Position numbers and translations under genes: made by a program. From an uncultured Candidatus Rokubacteria bacterium (GTDB lineage Bacteria > Methylomirabilota > Methylomirabilia > Rokubacteriales > DASRDR01), in NCBI GenBank assembly GCA_963708025.1, contig CAVPSB010000007.1, positions 1-64,000 on the forward strand: a stretch of 64,000 nt of DNA. Reading direction: 5' to 3'. Shown in pieces: positions 1 through 9,543 of this stretch (position 1 is its first letter; each line of letters opens with the position of its first letter). Below the pieces are notes generated by a model, which worked only from the letters and a program-made list of their open reading frames with translations, was not told the DNA's origin and ran no database searches.

Positions 1-94
1 CGAGGTTGCGACACACCCCACGTTTCGTGTTTTGGGCCGCCGTGCCGCGATTCAATGTGAGGGGACCCGACACCTTCCGGGCTAGAATCCGGCT

Positions 95-400
95 GTGGGC
101 AAGCTCCTCGTGCTCGTCTTGGTCGTGCTGGTCGCCGTCGCCGGGTACAACGCGTTCGTCTTCGGGGTCGTCCAGCCCTTTCCCCTGAGCTGGAACCACA
201 GCGCGGACGAGCTTCGCCTCATCGAGCTCGAGGGCGAGCGACGGCAGCTCGCGTCCAAGCTGGGCGCGGGCCAGCGGGTGACGAGCCTGGCTGGCGTCCC
301 CCAGGTGGGGACCCCGGACGATGACGAGAAAGCGGCCCTCGCGCGGCTGGACGGTGAGATCGCGTCCCTGCGTGCCCGCATCGAGGCGGCGGCGCGCTGA
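95..400 (+). CDS. Hypothetical protein with N-terminal membrane anchor and coiled coil
   Basis: 101-aa ORF with hydrophobic N-terminus (LLVLVLVVLVAVAG); TAGAAT -10-like hexamer at 83-88, 6 nt before the GTG. Confidence 0.65.
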   Translation: MGKLLVLVLVVLVAVAGYNAFVFGVVQPFPLSWNHSADELRLIELEGERRQLASKLGAGQRVTSLAGVPQVGTPDDDEKAALARLDGEIASLRARIEAAAR

Positions 401-428
401 GGCGGGGACGCCGGCTTCCGGTCCGGGG

Positions 429-722
429 TCAGTAGAGCTCGACGGTCCGCTCGCCCGAGCGCTCCAGCGACCGGGCGACGTCCGCCGAATCCAGGGCGTC
501 CTTGAGCGTCATCGTGTCGGTGACCCGGTCGAAGAACTGGCGCGTCACGACGAGGTTGTGGCGGTTCTGCTGGTTGGCCTGGCGGCCGACGGCGGCGACC
601 CTGACGACAAAGAGGTGGGCCACCGCGCCTCTCGAGTAGTCGTCGAAGCGCCCGGCCGGGAAGCGCTTGGCCAGGTACCTTCGCACTTCCTCGATCTTCC
701 AGCTCTCGATCCCGGCCGGCAT
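429..722 (-). CDS. Hypothetical protein (97 aa)
   Basis: C-terminal part of ORF 429..2000 (MPAGIESWKIEEVRRYL...); GAGGA SD before the ATG at 722; follows the HD-GYP gene. Confidence 0.7.
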   Translation of the reverse strand: MPAGIESWKIEEVRRYLAKRFPAGRFDDYSRGAVAHLFVVRVAAVGRQANQQNRHNLVVTRQFFDRVTDTMTLKDALDSADVARSLERSGERTVELY

Positions 723-748
723 GGCAGTCCTCGCCCCGATCGCGCGCC

Positions 749-1957
749 TCAGGCCACGGTGTCGCGCTCGCCGAGAGCCGCCGTCCCGTCGGCCGCCGGC
801 AGCGGGCCGGATCCCACCGGCGACGAGCGGATCATGCGCTCGAGGACGCGAACGAGCCGGGGATCGTACGCCTGGTGACCAGCCTGCCGGAGGACGGCCA
901 GGGCGCGGAGGGCCGGGAGGGGCCGCTTGTGCTTCCGGAGCGTGGTCATCGAGTCGTAGGCATCCGCCACGCCGACGATCTGACTGAAAGGGTGGATGTT
1001 CCAGGTCGCGGGAACCGAGGGGTAGCCGAGACGGTCCTCCCGGATCTGGTGCTCGAACGCGACGATCATCGGGATCCGGTTGAAGCCAGGCAGCCGGCTC
1101 AGCATGTCGGCCCCGCGGAGCGGGTAGCGGCGCATCACCGCCCACTCCGACTCCTCCAGCGGCCGGCTCTTCTGCAAGATCTCGACGGGGATCGTGATCT
1201 TGCCGAGATCGTGCAGGATGGCGGCCACCGCCAGCTCGCGGAGGTCGGTCTCCGACAGGCCGAGGGTGGCGCCGATCCCGATGGACAGCACGCACACGTT
1301 GACCGAGTGGTAGAGCGTGTACTCGTCGTACGACTTGATGTTGGCCAGTCGGAGAATCAGCGACGGGTCGGCCAGGATCTGGTCGAGGATCGCCGAGGTC
1401 AGCACGCGGAGGGACGAGAGCTGCTCGGCCGTCACCGGCTCCTTCCTCAGGATGCCGGCCTCGACGGTGCGGAGCATCTCCACCGCGCCGAAGTAGGCGC
1501 GGCGGGCCATGACCTCGCTGGTCTGCTCCTCGCGCCGGGCCGGCTCCTCCAGCACGATGTGGGTGACGCCCTTGCGGTCGGCCCAGGTCGCCACGTCGGC
1601 GCCGGTGCCGCTGCCGAGGATCTCGGTCAGCGCCTCGATCTCGGCGTCGGTCACGCCGTGGTGGAAGATGATGGCGCCGATCTTCCGCTCGGTCTGGCAG
1701 ACCTCGAGGAAGCGGCGGTACATCATGCTCTCCCGCGGCAGGATCCGGTTGCCGGCGATCAGCAGGTCTCCGAGGAACCGGTACTCGAGCGCGCTCTGGT
1801 ACTCGAGGCAGGCGGCGACGGCCTGGAGGAAGCCCTGCTGGGCACGCTGGATCTGGGGGTGCCGGGGTGGATACAGGCTGGCCAGGCGCAGGAGGCCGTT
1901 GAGCTGGGCGAAGACCTGCTCGACCTGATCGCGCGGTAGCTCGCTGATCGTCGGCAT
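749..1957 (-). CDS. HD-GYP domain protein (c-di-GMP phosphodiesterase-like, partly degenerate)
   Basis: HSVNV, ILHDLGK, GYP and VADAYDSMT motifs. Confidence 0.9.
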   Translation of the reverse strand: MPTISELPRDQVEQVFAQLNGLLRLASLYPPRHPQIQRAQQGFLQAVAACLEYQSALEYRFLGDLLIAGNRILPRESMMYRRFLEVCQTERKIGAIIFHHGVTDAEIEALTEILGSGTGADVATWADRKGVTHIVLEEPARREEQTSEVMARRAYFGAVEMLRTVEAGILRKEPVTAEQLSSLRVLTSAILDQILADPSLILRLANIKSYDEYTLYHSVNVCVLSIGIGATLGLSETDLRELAVAAILHDLGKITIPVEILQKSRPLEESEWAVMRRYPLRGADMLSRLPGFNRIPMIVAFEHQIREDRLGYPSVPATWNIHPFSQIVGVADAYDSMTTLRKHKRPLPALRALAVLRQAGHQAYDPRLVRVLERMIRSSPVGSGPLPAADGTAALGERDTVA

Positions 1958-1959
1958 TT

Positions 1960-2202
1960 TTCGGGACCTCCCGCCTACCCCCCCAGCCCCCCTCCCCCAC
2001 CCACCGGGGGGGAGGGGGAGCCGGAGAGGCCGACTGCGTCGCTCGTTCTTGCTCTCGGGACCTCCCGCCTACCCCCCCAGCCCCCCTCCCCCACCCACCG
2101 GGGGGGAGGGGGGAGCCGGAGAGGCCGACTGCTTCACTCGCTCCTGCTCTCCCGGCCCCGCTTCGGGGGGGGAGGGGGGGGTTGGAAGGACCGGTTGCTT
2201 CA
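1960..2202 (-). repeat. Family A C-rich/G-rich repeat, tandem copies (1960-2038, 2055-2137, partial 2165-2202)
   Basis: Near-identical cgggacctcccgcctacccccc...ccaccggggg..gagggggagccggagaggccgactgc units; reverse complement of the copies at 21.9, 27.8, 28.6, 57.0, 58.9 and 63.1 kb. Confidence 0.9.
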
Positions 2203-4211
2203 CCGGCTCTGGATTCGCCCGGGGAGGAGTCGTCGGCGCGGTCATCGACTTGATGGCTTCCAGCGCCAGATCCCGCACCGTCAGCTCGTTCCGCTGCCAG
2301 GGCCAGACCCGCCGGTTGGCCAGGGATTCGACGACCGAGCGCGCCTCCGGGCTCCCGATGGAGGCCAGGGCGCCGATGATCTCGCGCTTGATGAGGAGAT
2401 CGGTGGCGCTCTTCGTCGGCGTGGCCAGGAAGTCCCGGAGAGGGCCGACCGTGGTCGAGTCCAGCAGCCCGCTGAGGAGCTTGATGGCGGCCAGCCGCAC
2501 CTCGCTGTCGGGATCGGCCAGGTACTCGAGGAGCGGCTGGAGCGCCTGCTTGCCGCCGAGCAGGGCGAGGGCACGCGCGACCTCCCGCCGGACCTGCGGG
2601 TGCTCGTGACGCGCGACCTTGGCGATCGCCTCGAACGCGGTGGGGTCGCCGAGGCGCGCCAGCAGGGCGATCAGGCTCCTGGCGACGATCCAGGGGCTTT
2701 CGCCGAGGCGGGAGCGGATGGCCGGTGCGGCCGCCGGCCCGACGCCGGCGAGCACGTCTAGCATGCGCCCGCGCGGGGCGGCGTCCTGCTCCTCGGCCAG
2801 GATGGCGACGAATTCGTCCAGGGCCTCCCGGCTCACGAGGCGCAGGTACTCGGTCGCGCCGGCCACGTCGCTCGCGCTCTCGCTCCGGCGCAAGAGGTCA
2901 CCGAGCAGGGTGACCTGAGAGCGCCCGCCCAGCCTCCGGTGCAGGAGCTGGAGCCGGCGCTGGTGCTCGGCCTGCCACTCGGGTCGCAGCTCGCCGGGCT
3001 GGCCGAGCCACTGGAGGATGCGGAGCGCCAGGGAGAGCCGGTCCCGGCTCAGGGCCTCGGTAGCCGCCTCCTCGATGGCGTCGATGAGGAGAGTCGGGTA
3101 ACTTTCGGATTCCGTCTCGCCGATCAGGTGGAGCAGGATGTTGACGCTGTGGGGCAGGGTCTCATCCGGCGTGCACCCCCCCCGGGCGGCCCGCTGCAGC
3201 GCCAGCAGCCCGGGATCGTCGTCGGTGATGAGCCCCTCGATCGGGATGGCCGCCACCTCCTTCTCGGCGAGGGCGTCCTCCAGGCTCTCGACGACCCGGG
3301 CCTTCTTCCACTCCTCGGCCGGCAGGGCCTCGATCTCCGTCCGGAGGTTCTCCAGGCTGTTGGCCGGGAGGAGCCCCACCAGCTCGGCGAACTCGTCGCC
3401 CGACAGGCGCGCAGAGGAGGCTCAGGACGTTGAGGTCCGTCCGCACCGCCGGCAGGAGCCAGGCGGTGATGACGCTCGTCCGGAGCGGCTCGGGCAGCGT
3501 GATCAGGCACTCGTTCAGCGTCCGGTACCGGATCTCGCGGTCGGGCTCGGCTTCCGCCAGCGGAATCAGCATCTGGACAGCCCGGAACACGGCCTCGGCA
3601 CGATCGCCCGGCCGGGCCAGCTCGAGGAACCAGGCGGCGAGTCGCAGTCGGTCGTAGGTCATCTCGCGGAACTGCTCGGCCAGCCCAGCCAGGATCGTCG
3701 TCACCAGGCTGTCGATCATGTCGAGCATGGTGGTGGTCGGCCTGGGCCCGGCGGCGTCCCGTCCGGCGCCGTCGCCCCACAGGGGACCCCGGAGGGTGAG
3801 GTGGACGACGTTCCGCTGGACCAGGAGCTTGGAAAGGCCACCGGCCGCGTCCACGTCCTCGTGGCGGAGGTTCAGGCAGTCGAGGAAGTGCTGGAGCTCC
3901 CACGCCTCGACCGCCGGGTCGATGGCGATCTCGGTGACGCGCCGGGTCTCCATCTCGAAGCGGAAGGTCTCGAGGGCCTGGTCCCGGGTCGGGAGCTGAC
4001 CGCCGTCCCACTCGAAGCGCCCCGGCTCGATGCGCAGGAGGGGCGGCAGGCCTTCCCGCAGCGCGTGCTCGAGCGAGCGGTGGAGGCGCTGGACCCACTC
4101 GGTGGCCAGGGGGTTGCCGGCCGGGTAGAGCTTCACCGCCTTTTTCGCCCCCAGGAGCTCCTTCAGGAAGCCTTCCACGACCTGGGGGACCTGCGTCGTC
4201 GAGGTCGCCAT
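2069..4211 (-). CDS. HEAT-repeat protein, split by one extra base near 3413
   Basis: N-part MATSTTQVPQ...KLYPAGNP and C-part with HEAT repeats (HEHPQVRREVARALA, DPDSEVRLAAIKLL) join if one base at about 3413 is removed; the C-terminus runs into family A repeats. Confidence 0.8.
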
Positions 4212-4338
4212 CGCCACCTCTCGGGGGCGCCGCTCCACGGCGGGCCGGGCTCGAACAGTGCGCCATTGTAGCAGACGGGGGCGATCATCCCGAAGAAAGC
4301 CGCACCGCGTCATGGCGCCCGGCGCCGCCACGGTCGCC

Positions 4339-4367
4339 TTGACAGGACCGCGGTCGCGGGCTACAAC
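4339..4367 (+). promoter_or_regulatory. Sigma70-type promoter for murQ-anmK
   Basis: TTGACA (4339-4344), 17-bp spacer, TACAAC (4362-4367). Confidence 0.6.
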
Positions 4368-4375
4368 GATCGACG

Positions 4376-5323
4376 GTGCGCTCCGCGGCCCCGAAGCCTC
4401 GCCCCCGTCGCTCCCGTCGTCCTGTCCTCGACTACGCCGGGCTGCCGACCGAGCAGGTCAATCCGCGCACGCGACGGCTGGATCGGTTGAGTCCCCGGGC
4501 CCTGGTGGCCACGATCACGGCTGAGGACCGCCGGGCGGCGGCGAGCGTCGCGGCCGTGCGGGAGCCGCTGGCGCGGGCGGTCGAGATCGTGGCGACCGCG
4601 CTGCGAAACGGGGGGCGCCTCGTCTACGCCGGAGCGGGGACGAGCGGCCGGCTCGGGGTCCTGGACGCCGCCGAGTGTCCGCCGACCTTCGGGGTGCGGC
4701 CAGGGAGGGTCGTGGGGGTGATCGCCGGCGGGCGTCGCGCCCTGTGGCGGGCGGTGGAGGGCGCGGAGGACCGGGCCCGCGACGCCGAGGGCGCTCTCAC
4801 CCGACTGCGGCTGGGTCCAGCCGACGTCGTGTGCGCGATCTGCGCGAGCGGCGTGACGCCGTTCGCGCTGGGCGCCTTGCGGGCGGCTCGGCGGCGCGGC
4901 GCCCGGACGCTGGCCGTCACCTGCGCGCCGTCGCCCCGCCTGGCCGCCCTGGCCGAGGTCGTCATCGCGCCCCGGGTCGGGCCCGAGGTGCTCACCGGCT
5001 CCACCCGGATGAAGGCCGGGCTGGCGACCAAGATGATCCTCCATACGCTGACGACCGGGGCGATGGTCCGTCTCGGCAAGGTCTACGGGAACCTGATGGT
5101 GGACCTGCGCCCGACCAGCGCCAAGCTCCGGGCACGCGCCCAGCGGATCGTGTGCACGCTCACCGGGCTCTCGCCGGCCGAGGCGCGGGCCCTCCTCGGG
5201 CGCGCCGGCGGGAGGCCGACGGTCGCCGTGCTGATGCATCGACGCGGCGTGTCGGCGACCGCCGCGCGCCGCCGTCTCGCCGCCCATGGCGACGACCTCG
5301 GCGCCGCTCTGGGAGAGGGTTGA
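4376..5323 (+). CDS. murQ: N-acetylmuramic acid 6-phosphate etherase
   Basis: TEQVNP, GAGTSGRLGVLDAAECPPTFG, GPEVLTGSTRMKAG, GKVYGNLMVD. Confidence 0.95.
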   Translation: MRSAAPKPRPRRSRRPVLDYAGLPTEQVNPRTRRLDRLSPRALVATITAEDRRAAASVAAVREPLARAVEIVATALRNGGRLVYAGAGTSGRLGVLDAAECPPTFGVRPGRVVGVIAGGRRALWRAVEGAEDRARDAEGALTRLRLGPADVVCAICASGVTPFALGALRAARRRGARTLAVTCAPSPRLAALAEVVIAPRVGPEVLTGSTRMKAGLATKMILHTLTTGAMVRLGKVYGNLMVDLRPTSAKLRARAQRIVCTLTGLSPAEARALLGRAGGRPTVAVLMHRRGVSATAARRRLAAHGDDLGAALGEG

Positions 5324-6495
5324 TGACCGCGGACCCGCTGGCGGAATTCCTCGGGCTCCGGATGGTGGCGCCGCGGCGGATCGTCGGGCTCATCTCGGGC
5401 ACGAGCGCGGACGGGATCGACACGGCGCTCGTCGAGCTGGACGGGGCGGGGGAGACCACGCGGGTCCGTCTCCTCGAGTTCGCCACCCGACCCTATCCGA
5501 CCCCGCTCCGGGCCCGCGTGCTCGGCGCCAAGGACGCGGTGGCGGCGGAGCTGGTGGAGCTGCATTACGAGGTGGGCGAAGAATTCGCGCGGGCGGCGCT
5601 GGCGGTCATCGAGCCCGCCCGACGCCGCGGCCTCGCCGTCCACCTGATCGGCTCTCACGGCCAGACCGCGCGCCACCATCCGCGAGGGGAAGCTCCGGAC
5701 GGCCACGCCGCCACCTTGCAGATCGGGGAGCCGGCGGTCCTCGCCGAGCGGACGGGCTTGCCGGTGGTGGCGGATTTCCGACCGCGCGACGTGGCGGCCG
5801 GCGGCGAGGGCGCACCTCTCGTCCCCCTGGTCAACTGGCTTCTCTTCCGGGCACCCGGGCGCACGCGCGGGTGCCTCAACATCGGCGGAATCGCGAACGT
5901 CACGGTGCTGGGCGACCGGCTCGAGGAGGTGCAGGCCTTCGACCTCGGGCCGGGCAACATGCCGCTGGATGCCCTGGTGACGGCCTGGACCGACGGGGCC
6001 GAGACATTCGACCGCGATGGCCGGCGAGCCGCGGCGGGGCGGGTGGACGCCGATCTGGTGAAGGAGCTGCTGGCCCATCCCTTCTTTGCCGCGCCACCCC
6101 CCAAGTCAACGGGTCGCGAGGCCTTCGGCGTCGAGTTCGTACGCCCGCTCCTCGGCCGCTTCGCCGGGCGCGAAGCGGATCTGCTACGGTCGCTGACCCG
6201 GTTCGTGGCGGAGAGCATCGCGGACGGCATCCGCCGGCACGGGCGGCGGCCCGTCGACGAGGTCGTGGTGTCGGGGGGCGGCGCCTCGAATGGGTTGCTG
6301 ATGGCCGACCTCCGCGAGCGGCTGGCGCCCGTCGGGGTCCGTTCGCTCGCCGAGCTGGGCCTGGACCCGGACGCCAAGGAGGCGGTCGCCTTCGCGGTGC
6401 TGGCCAACGAGACGCTCTTCGGCCGACCGGGTAACGTGCCGGGGGCGACGGGGGCCCGCGGACCTCGGGTGCTCGGGAAGATCACCCTTCCTTGA
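5323..6495 (+). CDS. anmK: Anhydro-N-acetylmuramic acid kinase
   Basis: GLISGTSADGID, GSHGQT, DVAAGGEGAPL, NIGGIAN, KSTGRE, KEAVAFA; TGATG overlap with murQ. Confidence 0.95.
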   Translation: MTADPLAEFLGLRMVAPRRIVGLISGTSADGIDTALVELDGAGETTRVRLLEFATRPYPTPLRARVLGAKDAVAAELVELHYEVGEEFARAALAVIEPARRRGLAVHLIGSHGQTARHHPRGEAPDGHAATLQIGEPAVLAERTGLPVVADFRPRDVAAGGEGAPLVPLVNWLLFRAPGRTRGCLNIGGIANVTVLGDRLEEVQAFDLGPGNMPLDALVTAWTDGAETFDRDGRRAAAGRVDADLVKELLAHPFFAAPPPKSTGREAFGVEFVRPLLGRFAGREADLLRSLTRFVAESIADGIRRHGRRPVDEVVVSGGGASNGLLMADLRERLAPVGVRSLAELGLDPDAKEAVAFAVLANETLFGRPGNVPGATGARGPRVLGKITLP

Positions 6496-6530
6496 GACCC
6501 GCCAGGGGGGGCGTCAAGCTCATTACAGAT

Positions 6531-6654
6531 GAGTCAAGTTCTCGGGGGCGGGGCCGAGGAGCGAGCAGCGCTAGGACCAGAGCGCCAACCGCAGGCCGAA
6601 CGCCGAGGTCCGAGGGAGGACGACGCGATGCGACGCTCATCGGCCCCGCCCTAG
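6531..6654 (-). repeat. Family B structured repeat (short internal variant)
   Basis: Reverse complement reads CTAG-GGCGGGGCCGATGAGCGTCGCA...GCTGCTCGCTCCTCGGCCCCGCCCCCGAGAACTTGACTC, matching both ends of the 60105-60343 copy. Confidence 0.85.
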
Positions 6655-7034
6655 AGACCGGGGAAGAGGGAGGGCTGGTCGGCGGAGGCTCGCCGCCGGG
6701 ATGGGCGGGCCCGGGGCGGGCGCGCCGGCGTCTTGGCGGTCCTGGTCTTGGCCGGTGAGGGCCGCAGCCGCCGGTGAGTGGCACCGGTCCATCCCTTCTG
6801 GCGCGCGATCTTGTCGCCCTGCTTGATGACGAGCAGATCGACCAGCCGGGCCAGCGGGTGCCGGAGCAGCGTCAGGTACCTGATCCAGTAGCGCGGCGAG
6901 TAGGCCAGCGTGCGCATCTCGTCGAGGGCGAGCGCCAGGGCGGCGTGGTCGCCCTTGCCGGCCGCGAGCCGGAGGCGCTCGAGGATCCGCGCCTGACTGG
7001 CAGTGCGCCGCCCGCCGCGGTCAGTGCCGCTCAT
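6651..7034 (-). CDS. Hypothetical basic protein
   Basis: 127-aa ORF with protein-like core (LDEMRTLAYSPRYWIRYL) ending QPSLFPGL. Confidence 0.6.
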   Translation of the reverse strand: MSGTDRGGRRTASQARILERLRLAAGKGDHAALALALDEMRTLAYSPRYWIRYLTLLRHPLARLVDLLVIKQGDKIARQKGWTGATHRRLRPSPAKTRTAKTPARPPRARPSRRRASADQPSLFPGL

Positions 7035-7206
7035 CCGCCGTCCGTCGCCGCTCGCGTCGAACGATCCGGGCCGAGCTGGCGCCGACGAGCACCAGCGCCA
7101 CGACCGTCCCCAGGGCCTGCTTCCACCCGAACCCCGGGTAGGCCCCCGCGCCGATGAGATCGGCGGTCAACGCCACGATCCCCAGCAGCGTCCCGATCCC
7201 GAGCAC
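7021..7206 (-). CDS. Small two-TM membrane protein (start uncertain)
   Basis: C-terminal part of ORF 7021..8445 has two hydrophobic segments; AGGAGG and TGcTACAAT upstream. Confidence 0.5.
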   Translation of the reverse strand: MLGIGTLLGIVALTADLIGAGAYPGFGWKQALGTVVALVLVGASSARIVRRERRRTADERH

Positions 7207-7413
7207 GACCCAGTCGAGCGCGGCAGTCCCTCCTGAGCAGAGCGCCTCGGGGGATTGTAGCACGCGGCTCGGGCCACGATCGGCGGCGAGGCCGGAGCGC
7301 GCTTGGCCCGAGCGCGGCGTGCAGTGTAGACTCGGACCGGTTGGCTCCGTGAGGCCCCTCGGAAGGCTCACCCTCGCCACGCGCTGGCCCCTCGTCGGCG
7401 CCGGGAGCTGCGA

Positions 7414-8307
7414 ATGACCTCGATCGGCTTCATCGGCATCGGCAACATGGGTCTGCCCATGGTCGCGAACCTGATCAAGGCCGGGCATCGGGTCGAGGCG
7501 TTCGACGTCCGTCCGGAGGCGGTCGAGGCCGCCGTCAAGCGTGGCGCCCTGGCGGGCGGGCCGGCCGCCGAGACGGCGGCGCGGGTCTCCGTGGTCATCA
7601 CGATGCTGCCAAACTCGCCCCATGTCGAGGCGGCGTACCTGGGACCGAAGGGTATCCTGGAAGGCGCTCGGCCGGGGCTGACGTGCATCGACATGAGCAC
7701 CATCGATCCGGCCACGACCCGCCGCGTGGGAGAGCGGCTGGCCGCCGTCGGCGCCCGGATGCTGGACGCCCCCGTCTCCGGCGCAGTGCCGCGGGCGATC
7801 GAGGGCACGCTGACGATCATGGTGGGGGGCGACGCCGACCTGTTCGCCGCGGTGCGTCCGATCCTGGACGCGATGGGCGCCAACGTGATCCATGTCGGGC
7901 CGCTCGGCTCCGGCGAGGTGGCCAAGATCTGCAATAACCTGATCGCCGGCGTCTCGATGATCGCGGTGGCCGAGGCGTTCACGATCGGCATCCGGTCGGG
8001 TGTGGACCCCCGGATCCTGCACCAGGTGATCAGCAAGAGCTCCGGCAACTGCTGGGCGATCGAGCACAACTGTCCGGTGGCGGGCCTGGTCCCGAAGGCC
8101 GCGGCCAACCAGGAGTTTGCCGCCGGGTTCATGACCGACCTGATGGCCAAGGACCTCTCGCTGGCCCGGGCGGCCGCCCGGGACCTCGGCGCCACCTGCT
8201 TCTCGGGGACCCTCGCCCACGAGCTGTACACCCTGGCCAGCCGGCACGGCCTCGGCCGCCACGACTTCTCCTCCGTCATCCGGCTGCTGACCGCGTCCGG
8301 AACCTGA
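7414..8307 (+). CDS. mmsB: 3-hydroxyisobutyrate dehydrogenase family
   Basis: IGFIGIGNMGLPM, DAPVSG, AKICNN, LMAKDL. Confidence 0.85.
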   Translation: MTSIGFIGIGNMGLPMVANLIKAGHRVEAFDVRPEAVEAAVKRGALAGGPAAETAARVSVVITMLPNSPHVEAAYLGPKGILEGARPGLTCIDMSTIDPATTRRVGERLAAVGARMLDAPVSGAVPRAIEGTLTIMVGGDADLFAAVRPILDAMGANVIHVGPLGSGEVAKICNNLIAGVSMIAVAEAFTIGIRSGVDPRILHQVISKSSGNCWAIEHNCPVAGLVPKAAANQEFAAGFMTDLMAKDLSLARAAARDLGATCFSGTLAHELYTLASRHGLGRHDFSSVIRLLTASGT

Positions 8308-8422
8308 CGGAGGCGTCCCAGGCGGGATCGCGTCCGGAGAAGTTGGCGGCGGCGACATCCAACGGCACGTCTCTTGCGTCTCAAGGATGAGACCTCGAGT
8401 GCGTACCGGGGGAGGTAGAGCC

Positions 8423-8875
8423 ATGAAGCAGCTGATCGCCATCACGGTGGCCGGAATCGCCTGGGCGGTGCTCGCCGGGGGCGGGGCCGAGGCTCAGCAA
8501 CCCGCCGCGCCCGCCGCGAGCCCGCCGCCGGCGGAGTTCGGGACGCGGGCCCCGGCGCCGGCGCCGGCTGCCCGGCCCGAGCTGGGGCTGGAGCCGACGC
8601 GGCCGCCCGAGGAGGTGGGCGCGCGGGAGCAGGAGTTCTACCCGGGCCAGCTGATCAGGAGCAAACACGAGCCGGCCTTCGTCCGGCCGTTCGTGACGAG
8701 CGTTCCCACCTCTGCGACCTCGATGGCCCGGGTTGGGCTCAGCGGCTGGACCGCGCCCGCCGTGCCGTACGACGCGCCGGACTCGGGAGGCGTGGCGTTC
8801 GGGCTGACCATCGAGTGGGGAGTCCCACGGCCGGAGGCCAAGGCGCCAGAGGCGGAGCCAGCCGGTCAGCGGTAG
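8423..8875 (+). CDS. Hypothetical secreted protein
   Basis: GGAGGT SD; signal peptide ending AEA; Pro/Ala-rich linker. Confidence 0.7.
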   Translation: MKQLIAITVAGIAWAVLAGGGAEAQQPAAPAASPPPAEFGTRAPAPAPAARPELGLEPTRPPEEVGAREQEFYPGQLIRSKHEPAFVRPFVTSVPTSATSMARVGLSGWTAPAVPYDAPDSGGVAFGLTIEWGVPRPEAKAPEAEPAGQR

Positions 8876-8880
8876 ACCGA

Positions 8881-8905
8881 GGGAGGGGGGCCAGGCCCCC
8901 CTCCC
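8881..8905. repeat. GC-rich hairpin GGGAGGGGGG-loop-CCCCCCTCCC between convergent genes
   Basis: Perfect inverted repeat; a similar hairpin lies at 40215-40245. Confidence 0.55.
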
Positions 8906-8988
8906 AACCTCGGGGTCGGACTCGGGGTAGGACGGACGCGAGCCGCCCGCCGACCCCTCGGGGAGGCGGGAACCCGGGGGCCGGGCCG

Positions 8989-9282
8989 CTATCCCTTGGC
9001 GAGTCGCTCGATCTCGCGCTTGGAGAGCGGCTCGATCCGGCCGAGCAAGGCCTTGACCCGCCGCTCCGAGGTGTGGTCGGCGAGGATCAGCCGCTTCGAC
9101 CGCGTCCCGTTCACGATGAATGCCACCCAGTCGTCCAGGCTGGGCGTCCCGCGCCATTGAATCACCAGACCACTCGCCTTCAGCTTTTTCTGACCTTCGG
9201 ACTTGGCCAGGGGCTTCCGCGGGACCTCCATGAAATCCTCCGACCCGATCGGGCGAGAAAGATGAGATCGAGAATGCGCCAC
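8989..9282 (-). CDS. Hypothetical basic protein
   Basis: 97-aa ORF with protein-like composition (GLVIQWRGTPSLDDWVAFIVNG); the start may be the internal Met. Confidence 0.6.
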   Translation of the reverse strand: MAHSRSHLSRPIGSEDFMEVPRKPLAKSEGQKKLKASGLVIQWRGTPSLDDWVAFIVNGTRSKRLILADHTSERRVKALLGRIEPLSKREIERLAKG

Positions 9283-9485
9283 GAACGCCCTCTATAAATC
9301 GTCGGGGAGCCGGTTGGTGTCAAGAGTTTGTTTCGCCAATCGCGATGCGCCTGCGCAGCGGCGAGTCGATCAGCGCCGTGGATTCATCTGGCGTTGATGC
9401 ATGCCGCCCCCGCGAATGTCGATCTGTTGCGGAATCGCGGTCGCGACGCGCTCCATTGACGCGCCCGACGCGATGAATCACGCAC

Positions 9486-9512
9486 GGTGGATAGCTGTGG
9501 ATAAGTGGATAT
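9486..9512. promoter_or_regulatory. Cluster of DnaA-box-like 9-mers
   Basis: Perfect TGTGGATAA (reverse complement of TTATCCACA) at 9496-9504, flanked by two-mismatch copies at 9486-9494 and 9504-9512. Confidence 0.5.
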
Positions 9513-9543
9513 CCCGCGATGCCGGGTGCCGGTCCCCGCGAGT

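Noticed and set aside
9283-9543. Replication origin (oriC)
   Set aside because: Only one perfect DnaA box, no clear AT-rich unwinding element, and no dnaA/dnaN context; kept only as a DnaA-box cluster.
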